From: Pirellulales bacterium
GTDB lineage: Bacteria > Planctomycetota > Planctomycetia > Pirellulales > JACPPG01
Direction of reading: 5' to 3'
Assembly (NCBI GenBank): GCA_035546535.1
Contig: DASZWQ010000024.1
Span: 77,320 to 141,319 of the forward strand
Length of the DNA: 64,000 bases
The translations under genes were made by a program, and so were the position numbers. Below, piece by piece: positions 8,306-18,032 of this stretch; within the stretch, counting starts at the first letter, position 1, and each line of letters starts with the position of its first letter. The notes beneath the pieces are model-generated. The model ran no database searches, was not told where the DNA came from, and saw nothing but the letters and a program-made list of their open reading frames with translations.

Positions 8306-9832
8306 TCATTCGCCGGCTTGCTCGCGCAGCTTCGCCAGACGTGATTTCAGATGATCCAAAACGCGAGGGTCGTCGAGCTGTTTGGCCTCGGCCGCAAGCG
8401 AGATTTCGGCCTTGGCCAGCGACGCGCGCGCCGCTTCGCGATCACCCGCTGCCTGCTGCGCTTCGACAATTCTCAGTAGCACGTGCGTGCCCGGCACATC
8501 ACCCTTTTGGAAAAGCTCCCACAGCTCGGTCAATAAGGCGATCGCCCGGGCGTGATCGCCGGCGCGCGCCGATTCCTGACCAAGAAAGAGGGTCGCTGTC
8601 TGCCACGGTTCGCTGTTGGGCTCCGCGGCGTTGCGGAATTCCTGCCAGGCGCTTATCGACCGGCCCACGTCCGGCGTGCCGTGAAAATAATTCGCACGTT
8701 CGCTCAGCAATTTCAAACGTTCGGCGTCGTCCCCAGCGTCGGCATAGCGCCGTGCCCATTGATTCGAGTATTCGTCGAGCGTGCCAGCGTTCACCAGGTT
8801 GTAGGCCTCGCGTCCGAGGTAATTCTGGCGCTGTTGACTGTCGATTTGTGGATCGGCGAGCATCCGTCGAGCATTCGCCAGCGCTTTTTCGTACTGTCCA
8901 TCCCATTCCAGAAATACCTGCCGTGCCCATTCCAGCCGCAACCGCTCTTTAGCATCGGTCACGGCGGGTAACGCCGCATCGAGCCGGGCAATCGCCCGCT
9001 TGTAGTCCTTGGCGAGCTTGTCCTCGTCCATCTGGGCCCAGATCTCGTTGAGCTTGCGCCACTGGGGCAGGGCCGCGATCCGGTCGTCGTAAATCTTGCG
9101 AACGCCAGCGGTGCCATTCGCGTCGAGCCGGCGAATCTCTTCCACCACGTCGCCATAGAACACAAACAGCGGATCGTCCTTGCGCTCGTCCAGCGTGCTC
9201 AAAAGCGGCGCCACACTGGCAAGCGCCTCGTGCAGCTTCTGGGCACGCGCGCCGTCGCTATCGGCTTGACGCGCTTCGTCGAACAATTGATCGCGCTGAC
9301 GCCGCGCCTGCTGCGCCTTTCGGGCATGCGCGAGGAACGACGCGGGCGTGATCCCCTTGTGATAGCCCGTGTATGCAAACGGCCGCCCGGTAGCATCGGC
9401 CAACACGACTACGGGCACTCCTGAAATCAGGTACTGCTCTTTCCATTTCGCGTAGCGATCCTGCAGTTCCTGCATTTCCGCGGGCAACTGTTCGAGATCG
9501 CCCGCCAGAAAGTTCAACTTCACCAGCACGAAGTTGTCGCGCGCCGCGGCGAACTCGGGCCGTTTGAAAACCTCGTCTTCGAGTAGCGTGCAGAAGTGAC
9601 ACCAGCCGTGGCCTGTGAAGACAATGAGCAAGTCCTTCTGCTCATCGACCGCCATGCGCTGGCCAAGGTCGATGCGCGGAATCCACTTGATATCCGGGGG
9701 AGCCGCATCGGCCGGATCGACCTGCAAGCCCAGGGCCGCGCAGGCAAGCAAGGCGCAGGTTAGCAAGGAAGAGAGAACGCGCATGGCTCTATCCCACTTC
9801 AAAATTGGGTTTTTCCGCGATGCAACCGCCAT
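8306..9832 (-). CDS. Secreted thioredoxin-fold protein with C-terminal helical/TPR-like domain
   Basis: Signal peptide (MRVLSSLLTCALLACAALG). Thioredoxin-like CxxC motif in FTGHGWCHFCTLLEDE, followed by a ~330-aa helical repeat region. The alternative ATG at 9784 would start directly at the signal peptide. Confidence 0.8.
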   Translation of the reverse strand: MAVASRKNPILKWDRAMRVLSSLLTCALLACAALGLQVDPADAAPPDIKWIPRIDLGQRMAVDEQKDLLIVFTGHGWCHFCTLLEDEVFKRPEFAAARDNFVLVKLNFLAGDLEQLPAEMQELQDRYAKWKEQYLISGVPVVVLADATGRPFAYTGYHKGITPASFLAHARKAQQARRQRDQLFDEARQADSDGARAQKLHEALASVAPLLSTLDERKDDPLFVFYGDVVEEIRRLDANGTAGVRKIYDDRIAALPQWRKLNEIWAQMDEDKLAKDYKRAIARLDAALPAVTDAKERLRLEWARQVFLEWDGQYEKALANARRMLADPQIDSQQRQNYLGREAYNLVNAGTLDEYSNQWARRYADAGDDAERLKLLSERANYFHGTPDVGRSISAWQEFRNAAEPNSEPWQTATLFLGQESARAGDHARAIALLTELWELFQKGDVPGTHVLLRIVEAQQAAGDREAARASLAKAEISLAAEAKQLDDPRVLDHLKSRLAKLREQAGE

Positions 9833-9981
9833 CTTATCGTCCCCGCGCGCGGCGAAGCAAATCCATTTCGGGGCGGCCGAGTGGCGGCCGACATGCTTTC
9901 TTGCCGATCGCCGTCGGGCCGCCTATCATCGAGCGCTGTTAGCCCACCCCAACGCGCGCTAGCCTACCCACCTCTGGCCGC

Positions 9982-12900
9982 ATGAAATTCTTTGCCAAAA
10001 TTTGCCGCGATAGCGCAGCGCCATTCGTCCGATTCGTCGGGGCCGGCGCCCTGGCGCAATTCTGTGTGGTTGTGTTCGTGGCCGCGATGCTCGTGACGCC
10101 TGATCGTGCATACGGCCAGGGTTACCCGGCCGACGAAGCCCCGCGGCACATGACCATTGCCGAGGGATTCGAGGCGCAACTCGTGGCCGCCGAGCCGCTG
10201 GTCCGCCAGCCGGTGGCTATCGAGTTCGACGATCGCGGCCGCCTGTGGGTCGTGCAGTATCTCCAGTATCCAAACCCAGCAGGGCTCAAGCGGGTGCAGG
10301 TCGATCGGTACTCACGCACCGTCTACGACAAAATGCCCGAGCCGCCGCCGCGCGGCACACCGGGCGCCGATCGCGTCACGATCCTGGAGGATACCGACGG
10401 CGACGGCCGGGCCGACCGCGCCAAGGATTTCGTCGCCGGGCTGAACCTGGCGAGCGGGTTGGCCTTTGGCTATGGCGGCGTGTTCGTCATGAACGCCCCG
10501 TACCTGCTCTTTTATCCGGACCGTGATCGTGACGACGTGCCCGACTCCGATCCCGAGGTACTGCTCACGGGCTTCGGCATCGAAGACGCACACAGCGTCG
10601 CCAACTCACTCACCTGGGGACCTGACGGCTGGCTGTATGGCGCACAGGGAAGCACCGTCACGGCCAACGTGCGCGGCATCGAATTCCAGCAAGGCGTGTG
10701 GCGCTATCATCCCGTATCGCACAAGTTCGAATTGTTCTGCGAAGGGGGTGGCAACTCGTGGGGGGTCGACTTCGACGCCCACGGAGAGCTCTTGTATAGC
10801 ACGAACTTTGGCGGCTTCGTCATGCTCCACGGCGTACAGGGAGGCTACTACTGGAAGAATTTCGGCAAGCACGGCGCGCTGCACAATCCGTATACCTACG
10901 GCTATTTCGATCACGTGCCGCACGCAAACTTCACGGGTGGGCACGTCACCGACGGCGGCATCGTTTACCAGGCCGACTTGTTTCCCGCGGAGTTTCGCGG
11001 ACGCTACATCGCCGCCGACCTGTTGGGTCACGCCGTCCATTGGCACACGCTCGCTCTGCGCGGCTCGTCGTTCAGCTCCGCACATGGCGGAACGTTGCTG
11101 GCCGCCAATGACACCTGGTTCGCGCCCAGCGACGTCACGGTCGGACCGGACGGTGCGGTCTACGTCGCCGATTGGCACGACGCCCGCACCGCCCATCCCG
11201 ATCCTGACGCCGAATGGGATCGCCGCAACGGGCGCGTCTATCGCATTCAGCCGCGCGGGGCTGTGCGCAAGCCGACCCGCGATCTGCGCGACGTCGATGA
11301 TGACGCGTTGGTAAGCGAGCTGGCTATCACCAACCGATGGTACGTCCGCCGAGCGCGTCGCATCCTGGCTGAGCGTGCCGCCAAGAAGCGGAATCCGGCA
11401 GTGGCTGCACAACTGAAGAAGCTGGCGACCGGTGAGGCCACGCCCAGCGCCGCGCAAGGAGCCGGTGTCCCGCCGCTCGAAGCGCTGTGGACGCTTTATT
11501 GCGTAGGCGGCTTTGATGAAACGACCGCTACACAGCTTCTGCAAGACACGGATCCCCATCTGCGCGCTTGGACCGTACGGCTGATCGGCGACGAGCCCGA
11601 GTTTTTGACATCGCCGGCCAATCGACTCGTGAAGCTAGCCGGCGACGAGCCGAGCGTGATCGTGCGCCGGCAACTGGCCTCGACGGCAAAACGCTTGCCG
11701 GCTGACACCGGAATCTCGATCGCCGCGAGGCTTGCCGAACACGCTGAGGACAAGGACGACCCTTACCTGCCGCTGTTGATCTGGTGGGCGGTCGAGCATT
11801 TTGCCACGGAATCGCGCGATGCCGTCCTGGCGACGTTTACCTCGCCGCAATCATGGCAGTCGCCACTTACCCGTGATTTTCTCTTGCCCCGATTGATCGA
11901 GCGTTACGCGGCCGAGCGGAACGCCGATGGTGCCGCATGCTGCGAGAAGCTCTTGAGCGTGGCGCCCAACCGCGCGGCCCGAACGACGCTATGGTCCGCC
12001 CTGGACAAAGGGTGGCGCGGACGTGTGACGATTGCCGAGGCGCCGGCTACGCTTGTCCAACTGGCAATTGCCGATTGGCAAGCGGATCGGGACAACATGA
12101 CGCTCGCGCGGCTCACGGCGCGCCTCGGACACCGGCCAGCGCGCGATTACGTTTTGGCCCGCGCGCTCGACGCGGACGTCGACGAAGCGTCGCGCGTCGC
12201 GGCAATTGACGTTCTAGCCGAACTCGCCGCGCCCCGGGACATCGCGCGGCTCGCATCCCTTCTGACGCCGACGAATTCCGCGGCACTGCAAGCAGCAACC
12301 TTGCGGGCGCTTGCCCGTGCGAGCGACCCAGAGCTGGCCGATGCTGTTTTGGCCGCCTATCCGCAAATGACGCCGAATCTGCGCAGCCAGGCGCGCGACG
12401 TGCTGCTCGCCAAGCGTGCCTGGGCGCGGCGATTGCTGGATCGAGTTGCCAAGGGCGCAATCGAACCTCAGGAGATTCCGCTCGATCAGTTGCGCGTCGT
12501 CGCCGCGCATGACGATGAGGAACTGAACGCGCTGGTGCGAAGATTCTGGGGCGCTATCCACCAGGCCACGCCCGAGGAGCGTCTGGCCGTCGTGCGGCGC
12601 TTGAACAACGACCTGCGCGCGGCCGTCGGCCACGCCGACGCAGGTCGTGACATCTTTCGCCGGCAATGCGGCACTTGCCACACGCTCTTCGGCGAAGGAG
12701 AAAAAATCGGCCCCGAGCTGACGCACGCCAACCGTCGCGATCGCGATTTCCTGCTCGCCAGCATCGTCGATCCGGGCGCCGTCGTGCGCAAGGAGTACAC
12801 CAACTACACGGTGCAAACGACCGATGGTCGCATTCTTACCGGCTTACTGGCCGAGCAGGATGCCAACAGCGTGACCGTGCTCACGGCCAAGAACGAACGG

Positions 12901-13041
12901 TTGCGCCTGGCGCGCAGCGAAGTCGAAAGCATCAACGAATCGCCCCAATCGCTCATGCCTGACAACATTGCCGAGCAGTTGTCGCCGCAAAATCTGCGCG
13001 ACCTGTTTGCCTGGCTGCAATCACAACCGGATGCCAAATGA
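9982..13041 (+). CDS. PVC-type heme-binding protein (putative membrane-bound dehydrogenase beta-propeller domain + HEAT repeats + C-terminal CxxCH cytochrome c domain)
   Basis: 1019 aa. The N-terminal region (AEPLVRQPVAIEFDDRGRLWVV...DTDGDGRADR...WGPDGWLY) matches the Pirellula/Verrucomicrobium 'membrane-bound dehydrogenase' domain. The central part is HEAT-like. The C-terminal part has CGTCHTLFGEGEKIGPELT...TDGRILTGL...MP heme-binding domain. Confidence 0.88.
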   Translation: MKFFAKICRDSAAPFVRFVGAGALAQFCVVVFVAAMLVTPDRAYGQGYPADEAPRHMTIAEGFEAQLVAAEPLVRQPVAIEFDDRGRLWVVQYLQYPNPAGLKRVQVDRYSRTVYDKMPEPPPRGTPGADRVTILEDTDGDGRADRAKDFVAGLNLASGLAFGYGGVFVMNAPYLLFYPDRDRDDVPDSDPEVLLTGFGIEDAHSVANSLTWGPDGWLYGAQGSTVTANVRGIEFQQGVWRYHPVSHKFELFCEGGGNSWGVDFDAHGELLYSTNFGGFVMLHGVQGGYYWKNFGKHGALHNPYTYGYFDHVPHANFTGGHVTDGGIVYQADLFPAEFRGRYIAADLLGHAVHWHTLALRGSSFSSAHGGTLLAANDTWFAPSDVTVGPDGAVYVADWHDARTAHPDPDAEWDRRNGRVYRIQPRGAVRKPTRDLRDVDDDALVSELAITNRWYVRRARRILAERAAKKRNPAVAAQLKKLATGEATPSAAQGAGVPPLEALWTLYCVGGFDETTATQLLQDTDPHLRAWTVRLIGDEPEFLTSPANRLVKLAGDEPSVIVRRQLASTAKRLPADTGISIAARLAEHAEDKDDPYLPLLIWWAVEHFATESRDAVLATFTSPQSWQSPLTRDFLLPRLIERYAAERNADGAACCEKLLSVAPNRAARTTLWSALDKGWRGRVTIAEAPATLVQLAIADWQADRDNMTLARLTARLGHRPARDYVLARALDADVDEASRVAAIDVLAELAAPRDIARLASLLTPTNSAALQAATLRALARASDPELADAVLAAYPQMTPNLRSQARDVLLAKRAWARRLLDRVAKGAIEPQEIPLDQLRVVAAHDDEELNALVRRFWGAIHQATPEERLAVVRRLNNDLRAAVGHADAGRDIFRRQCGTCHTLFGEGEKIGPELTHANRRDRDFLLASIVDPGAVVRKEYTNYTVQTTDGRILTGLLAEQDANSVTVLTAKNERLRLARSEVESINESPQSLMPDNIAEQLSPQNLRDLFAWLQSQPDAK

Positions 13042-13096
13042 TGCCTCGGGCCGGCGCTCTCCCGCGGCCGGCGCTCGCGAGATAAGGAGAACAATC

Positions 13097-14182
13097 ATGC
13101 CACGATCTTCCGTGTTGTCGGCGTTGTTGTGCGTGCTGGTGTACTTTACCGCGGCGCAAATTGTCGGGGCCGAGACGCCCGCCGCTCGCCGCGCATACGA
13201 AAATCGCTTGACGCCGATCGCGGATCCGCAGCCGCTGTTGGCCGACCATCCGCGGTTTGTCGAGCCAGTGCGCGAGACGCGCCGCTTCGAAGCCCCAGCG
13301 CTCGTGCAGGACGACCAGGCGGACCTGGCGGTCCGCGCGTGGCGTTTTTCGTACAACGCCCGCGGCATCGTGGAAATGCCGAACCGACTGCGCGGCAGCG
13401 ACACCGCCATCATTGTCGTCCACCCGTGGGGGATCGACGACGGTCAAGGCTGGCGTACCCCCGAGCCGGCTGGCGCCGCCTTTCAGTGCACGCCGGAAAA
13501 GAACCTGCTGCTCAACCAGCACATCGCCGAGGTGATCAACCCAATGCTCACGGCGCTGCGCCCGCGCGTGGGCCTGGTGCTGTACAGCCTTCCCGGCAAG
13601 GAAGATCCGATCCGCAAGAAGATTTATCGCTCTTTCCGTGGTGAACCAACTCCGGCCGAGCGCAAGGAAGGTGCCGTGCAGTTAGCTGCAAAACTCACGG
13701 CGTTCGATTACCACGGCCGCGATCTGCCAGCGGCCCTCGAACTGTCCGCCGCTCTACCGGTGGTCGATTACTTTCGCCAGTTTCGCGGGCTCGATCCCAC
13801 GGCCCCCTTTAACCACGAAGGCTTTTGGGATTTGCCGATTCCCGTTTCAAAACATATCACGGTCGCGCCGCGCGACGTCGTGATCTACGACGGCGAGGGG
13901 TACGACCCGCTCCGACAGTTCTTGCGCGACAATGGAATTCGCCACGTGCTTTTGACGGGCTACAACACCGACATGTGCTTCTGCAAGACGACGGCCGGCT
14001 ACGACAACCTGTCGCCCGACTTCAACGTCTTCCTGGTCGGAGATGCGACGGTGGCCACGTTCCCGGCCAATCCCGAGCCGCGCTTTGCCACGAACGCCGC
14101 GATCTCGTTCGCCGCGCTCGATCACCTGGTGACGCAGGTATCATGGATCAAACCGCTGGCCGCCGGCCAGGCAGCCAAGTAA
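13097..14182 (+). CDS. Secreted isochorismatase-like cysteine hydrolase family protein
   Basis: ORF 12968-14182 trimmed to the ATG at 13097, preceded by AAGGAGA. Signal peptide (VLSALLCVLVYFTAAQIVGA). The C-terminal block IRHVLLTGYNTDMCFCKTTAGYD...VFLVGDAT fits the G-x-x-T-x-x-C-V isochorismatase signature. AIIVVHPWGIDDG is the putative Asp strand. Confidence 0.55.
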   Translation: MPRSSVLSALLCVLVYFTAAQIVGAETPAARRAYENRLTPIADPQPLLADHPRFVEPVRETRRFEAPALVQDDQADLAVRAWRFSYNARGIVEMPNRLRGSDTAIIVVHPWGIDDGQGWRTPEPAGAAFQCTPEKNLLLNQHIAEVINPMLTALRPRVGLVLYSLPGKEDPIRKKIYRSFRGEPTPAERKEGAVQLAAKLTAFDYHGRDLPAALELSAALPVVDYFRQFRGLDPTAPFNHEGFWDLPIPVSKHITVAPRDVVIYDGEGYDPLRQFLRDNGIRHVLLTGYNTDMCFCKTTAGYDNLSPDFNVFLVGDATVATFPANPEPRFATNAAISFAALDHLVTQVSWIKPLAAGQAAK

Positions 14183-14192
14183 ACGAATTGCA

Positions 14193-15257
14193 ATGAGCGA
14201 TCCAAGAACGACAACGCCGACGCGTCCAAATTTAGCCGGCCGGCTCGCCCGCCGCGATTTCCTGCGCGCCAGTGCCGCGGCGGTTCTGGGCGGCGCGGCC
14301 CTCGCGCGTCGTGGCGCGGCCAACCAGTCTCAGCCGGGCACAGCCCTGGTCGCCATCACGCTCGACCTGGAGATGAGCCGCAACTTCCCGCGCTGGGAAG
14401 ATACGCACTGGGATTACGAAAAGGGAAACCTCAACGACGAATCCAAGGCGTACACCGTCGAGGCTTGTCGCCGCATCAAAGCCGCGGGCGCGGTCGCGCA
14501 TCTGTTCGCCGTCGGTCGCGTTTGCGAACAGGAGAATCTCGACTGGCTGCGGCAGCTCGCCGCTGACGGGCATCATGTTGGCAACCATACCTACGATCAC
14601 GTCAACGTGCTGGCCACGCACCCGGAAGACGTGCAATTTCGTTTCAAGCGAGCGCCATGGCTGGTGGCCGGCCGATCGGTCGAGCAGACGATCGCCGACA
14701 ATATTCGCCTGACGACCGTTGCCCTGCGCGAGCGGACGGGCATCGCGGTCGATGGCTTTCGGACGCCCGGCGGATTCGCCAACGGCCTCGCGGATCGCCC
14801 GGATATTCAAGAGATGCTGCAAGCGCAGGGTTTCGATTGGGTCAGCAGCAAATACCCGGCCCATCCGAATAGCGAGCCGGGCATCGAACCGAGCGAAGTC
14901 GTCTTAGCCGGCATCGTGGCGGCGCAAACAGCGGCGCAACCCTTTATCTACGAGTCGGGCCTGTGTGAAATCCCGATGAGCCCGGCCAGCGACATCAACG
15001 CCTTCCGCAGCGGCCGCTGGAAGCTCGACTGGTTTCTGGAAAGCGTGCGGCGCGGCCTGGGCTGGGCGATCGCGAATCGCGCCGTGTACGACTTCCTCGG
15101 CCACCCGTCGTGCCTGTACGTCGCCGATCCCGACTTCCGCACGATCGACCTGATTTGCCAGACCGTTGGTAAAGCAAAGGACGCCGCAAAAATCGTCGAC
15201 CTGGGGACGATTGCCCGCGCTACCAGGGCCAAGGTCGCCGCAGAGAAAGCCCGCTGA
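14193..15257 (+). CDS. Polysaccharide deacetylase (NodB-homology, CE4-like) with Tat signal
   Basis: 354 aa. Twin-arginine motif LARRDFLRASAAAVLGGAA. Metal-binding H-x-x-x-H block GNHTYDHVN. Starts only 10 bp after the upstream gene. Confidence 0.8.
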   Translation: MSDPRTTTPTRPNLAGRLARRDFLRASAAAVLGGAALARRGAANQSQPGTALVAITLDLEMSRNFPRWEDTHWDYEKGNLNDESKAYTVEACRRIKAAGAVAHLFAVGRVCEQENLDWLRQLAADGHHVGNHTYDHVNVLATHPEDVQFRFKRAPWLVAGRSVEQTIADNIRLTTVALRERTGIAVDGFRTPGGFANGLADRPDIQEMLQAQGFDWVSSKYPAHPNSEPGIEPSEVVLAGIVAAQTAAQPFIYESGLCEIPMSPASDINAFRSGRWKLDWFLESVRRGLGWAIANRAVYDFLGHPSCLYVADPDFRTIDLICQTVGKAKDAAKIVDLGTIARATRAKVAAEKAR

Positions 15258-15308
15258 TCGGTGAGCTTAGATCGATCAGGTCGTTGGAAAGTCGTCTGAG
15301 TACGGGAC

Positions 15309-15367
15309 AAAAAAATCGCGGACCGCCGGCAGCGGCATACACGGCGGGCGATGCGTACCGGCGGTCC
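15309..15367 (-). terminator. Intrinsic-terminator-like hairpin oriented for the minus strand
   Basis: Perfect 10-bp inverted repeat GGACCGCCGG (15320-15329) / CCGGCGGTCC (15358-15367). On the minus strand the hairpin is followed by GCGATTTTTTT (A7 run at 15309-15315 on the + strand). On the + strand no U-tract follows it. Confidence 0.5.
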
Positions 15368-15588
15368 TCATGCCGACGAACGGAGTGGAACATCGGCACT
15401 GCCAGCCATCATTGCACATTGTGCGCCACTCCGGTAGCGCCGTTGCCATCCGTAAGTTGCTGGCGTCCTGACAAAGTGTCCTCTCAAGGACTTCTCCGCA
15501 TTTGGTGGGGAGTCGCTGCCAGCGGATCGATGTTACGTTCACCCGAGCGCTCCCAAAAGGGGAGAGTCGTTCCGGTTCCGCGCATCGG

Positions 15589-15594
15589 TATAAT
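15589..15594 (+). promoter_or_regulatory. Candidate -10 box (TATAAT) for the SBP56/mtoX-like gene
   Basis: Perfect TATAAT 48 bp upstream of the ATG at 15642. An SD-like GGGGGAGGA lies just before the start. No convincing -35 element. Confidence 0.3.
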
Positions 15595-15641
15595 CTTGGC
15601 GCTTGTTCCATCGCTTCGAATAACTGGGGGAGGATACTTCG

Positions 15642-17105
15642 ATGCATCGCCGAGACTTCTTGATCGCCGCCGCGGCCGCTGGTGCCTTGCCACAACAACT
15701 AGCACGGCAACTTGCCGCCGCCCAGCCGCCCAAGTCATCCGCCAAAGACGCCGCTGAAACGGCCAGTTGCTGCGGGCCCGGCTACCCTTCGCCGCAAGAG
15801 GCCGCCAAGGCCCCGCCCGAAAAATTGCTCTACACGCTTGGTCTATATGCGGGCACGCCGGTCGAAAAGCCCGACTTTTTGGCGACGATCGACGTCGATC
15901 CGAAGTCTTCGACCTATTCGCAAGTGATTCACAGGCTGCCGATGCCGTTTGTCGGCGACGAACTCCACCATTTCGGCTGGAACGCGTGCAGCTCCTGCCA
16001 TGGCGATGCCCAAAAATCGCGCCGCTACCTGGTTATTCCTGGTCAGCGCTCCAGCCGCATCCATATCGTCGACACGTCCGATCCGCGCGCGCCGAAAATG
16101 CACAAGGTGATCGCGCCCGAGACGATCAAAGCCAAGGCCAACCTCAGCGCCCCACACACCGTACATTGCGCGCCGGACGGGCGGATCATTATCTCGATGC
16201 TGGGCGATGCCGAGGGACGCGGGCCAGGCGGCTTTCTCGTGCTCGACGAAAACTTCGACATTGCCGGACACTGGGAGAATAGCGCCCCCGGCATGAAGTT
16301 CAATTACGACTTCTGGTATCAGCCGCGGCACAACGTGATGGTGTCGAGCGAATGGTCCGCGCCGCAGACGTATTACGGCGGCTTCAATCTCGACGACGTC
16401 GCCGCCGGCAAATACGGCACGCAGATTCACTTCTGGGATTGGCAGAAGCGCGCGATCGTGCAAACCGCCGACCTGGGCGATCAAGGGCGCATCCCGCTCG
16501 AGGTCCGTTTCCACCACAATCCGGACAGCACGCACGGTTTTGTCGGCGCGGCGCTATCGAGCACGATGTGGCATTGGCACAAGGCGGGCGATCGCTGGCA
16601 AGTCGACAAGGTGATCGCCGTCGACCCGGTCGAAGTAAAGAGCTTCCCGTTTCCGCTGCCCGGCTTGATCACGGACCTGGTGCTGTCGATGGACGATCGC
16701 TACCTGTATTTCTCCAACTGGCTGCACGGCGACATCCGTCAGTACGACGTCAGCGATCCGGCGAATCCGAAGCTGACCGGCCAGTTATGGTGCGGCGGCC
16801 TGTTGGGCAAAGCGCCGGAAGTGGCGGGGCACAAAGTCGTAGGAGGTCCGCAGATGTTGCAGCTGAGCCTCGATGGCCGCCGGCTGTATGTCACCAGCTC
16901 GCTTTTCAGCAGTTGGGACAATCAGTTCTATCCCGACATGGCCAAGACCGGCTCGTTCCTCCTGCAGGTCGATTGCGATCCGAAGGGCGGAATGAAAATC
17001 AACGACCGCTTCTTCGTCGACTTCGGCCGCGAACCGGGCGGCCCTGCGCGAGCGCACGAAATGCGCTACCCCGGCGGCGACTGCACGTCGGATATTTGGA
17101 CGTGA
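15642..17105 (+). CDS. mtoX: Selenium-binding protein (SBP56) family / methanethiol oxidase homologue with Tat signal
   Basis: 487 aa. Twin-arginine N-terminus [19 protein letters not shown]56 hallmarks across the full length: [96 protein letters not shown]. Confidence 0.9.
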   Translation: MHRRDFLIAAAAAGALPQQLARQLAAAQPPKSSAKDAAETASCCGPGYPSPQEAAKAPPEKLLYTLGLYAGTPVEKPDFLATIDVDPKSSTYSQVIHRLPMPFVGDELHHFGWNACSSCHGDAQKSRRYLVIPGQRSSRIHIVDTSDPRAPKMHKVIAPETIKAKANLSAPHTVHCAPDGRIIISMLGDAEGRGPGGFLVLDENFDIAGHWENSAPGMKFNYDFWYQPRHNVMVSSEWSAPQTYYGGFNLDDVAAGKYGTQIHFWDWQKRAIVQTADLGDQGRIPLEVRFHHNPDSTHGFVGAALSSTMWHWHKAGDRWQVDKVIAVDPVEVKSFPFPLPGLITDLVLSMDDRYLYFSNWLHGDIRQYDVSDPANPKLTGQLWCGGLLGKAPEVAGHKVVGGPQMLQLSLDGRRLYVTSSLFSSWDNQFYPDMAKTGSFLLQVDCDPKGGMKINDRFFVDFGREPGGPARAHEMRYPGGDCTSDIWT

Positions 17106-17120
17106 GTCGTCGCTTGGTCG

Positions 17121-17141
17121 TCGATCATCAACAATGATCGA
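17121..17141. terminator. Hairpin between convergent genes (TCGATCAT-CAACA-ATGATCGA)
   Basis: Perfect 8-bp stem with a 5-nt loop, in the 70-bp gap between convergent genes ending at 17105 and 17176. No U-tract. Confidence 0.3.
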
Positions 17142-17175
17142 GCGCCTTTAGCTCGCAACGCGCGCCAGGCCGAAT

Positions 17176-17697
17176 TCAGCTCGCGCCGGCGGCTGCTTCC
17201 ACCATTTCGTCGTGCTCGGCAACCGCCTTGTCGATGGCTTCCTCGGCATCCTCGCACGCCTTCACGACCGCGTCGACGTCGATCTTATCTCCCTTCACCA
17301 GTTCAGCTAGCGCCGCCTGCTGTTTGGCTTCGACCTGCACCTGCTTTTCTACTTTGTCGAGCGAGGCCAAGGCCTTTTTATCGCCCGCAAATTCCTTCTT
17401 CTCCTCGGCCAAATACGTTTGCGTCAGCTTCACGTTCTGCGCCAGCTCGTTAACGTGGGCCCGGGCGATCGTCGGAGCGACCGGCTGGCTGTTGCGCCGG
17501 GAGCGCTGCGCGTAATTGCGAAAATCGCGCGACACGTCGCGCGAATGCCGCATCGTTCTGGTTGACGAACGACTGTAAGCGTCGCCACGAATTTTTGATC
17601 CTGCGTCGCGTATCTGCACATTTGCCAGCAAGGCGCCCGCCGAAACCAGAAACGCTGCCGTAACCAGGAACAGTCGAGGCCGTCGAACTCGTGACAT
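17176..17697 (-). CDS. Hypothetical secreted coiled-coil protein
   Basis: ORF trimmed to the ATG at 17697, preceded by GGAAAGGAG. Signal/anchor [17 protein letters not shown]. The C-terminal half is Lys/Glu/Ala-rich and helical. Confidence 0.6.
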   Translation of the reverse strand: MSRVRRPRLFLVTAAFLVSAGALLANVQIRDAGSKIRGDAYSRSSTRTMRHSRDVSRDFRNYAQRSRRNSQPVAPTIARAHVNELAQNVKLTQTYLAEEKKEFAGDKKALASLDKVEKQVQVEAKQQAALAELVKGDKIDVDAVVKACEDAEEAIDKAVAEHDEMVEAAAGAS

Positions 17698-17866
17698 GCG
17701 ATGCTCCTTTCCATGACAGATATGGGTCGTTTGACCCAGAAACAATGCGGTTCGAGCCTGCGCATTATTGAGCAGTGAATCGGTCGAAGCAATCAGCGGA
17801 CCGTGTAATTTGGGGTCCAGCGAAGTGATATCGTGGTCGGTTCCAAGAAGCGGGGAGAAACTTTGT

Positions 17867-17881
17867 AATCAACGATTGATT
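17867..17881. promoter_or_regulatory. Inverted repeat AATCAA-CGA-TTGATT in an AT-rich divergent promoter region
   Basis: 6-bp arms with a 3-bp spacer, read directly. Located between the divergent genes 17176-17697 (-) and 18033-19445 (+). Confidence 0.25.
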
Positions 17882-18032
17882 ATTCGTCGATATTGAGCGG
17901 AGGTTGTTTATGCACTTGCGCTTAACTCTGTAAACGACTCCACGTTACCACCTCGACGCAAACACGCCGGGAAAGCTGCGTGACCGAATCCCGAGCCGCG
18001 ATCTACTGATTCTGCGGGCCGTCATAACGCTT

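Noticed and set aside
12968-13096. N-terminal extension of the isochorismatase-like ORF overlapping the end of the 1019-aa gene
   Set aside because: The extension is Arg/Cys-rich. The ATG at 13097 has a consensus AAGGAGA SD and starts directly at a signal peptide.
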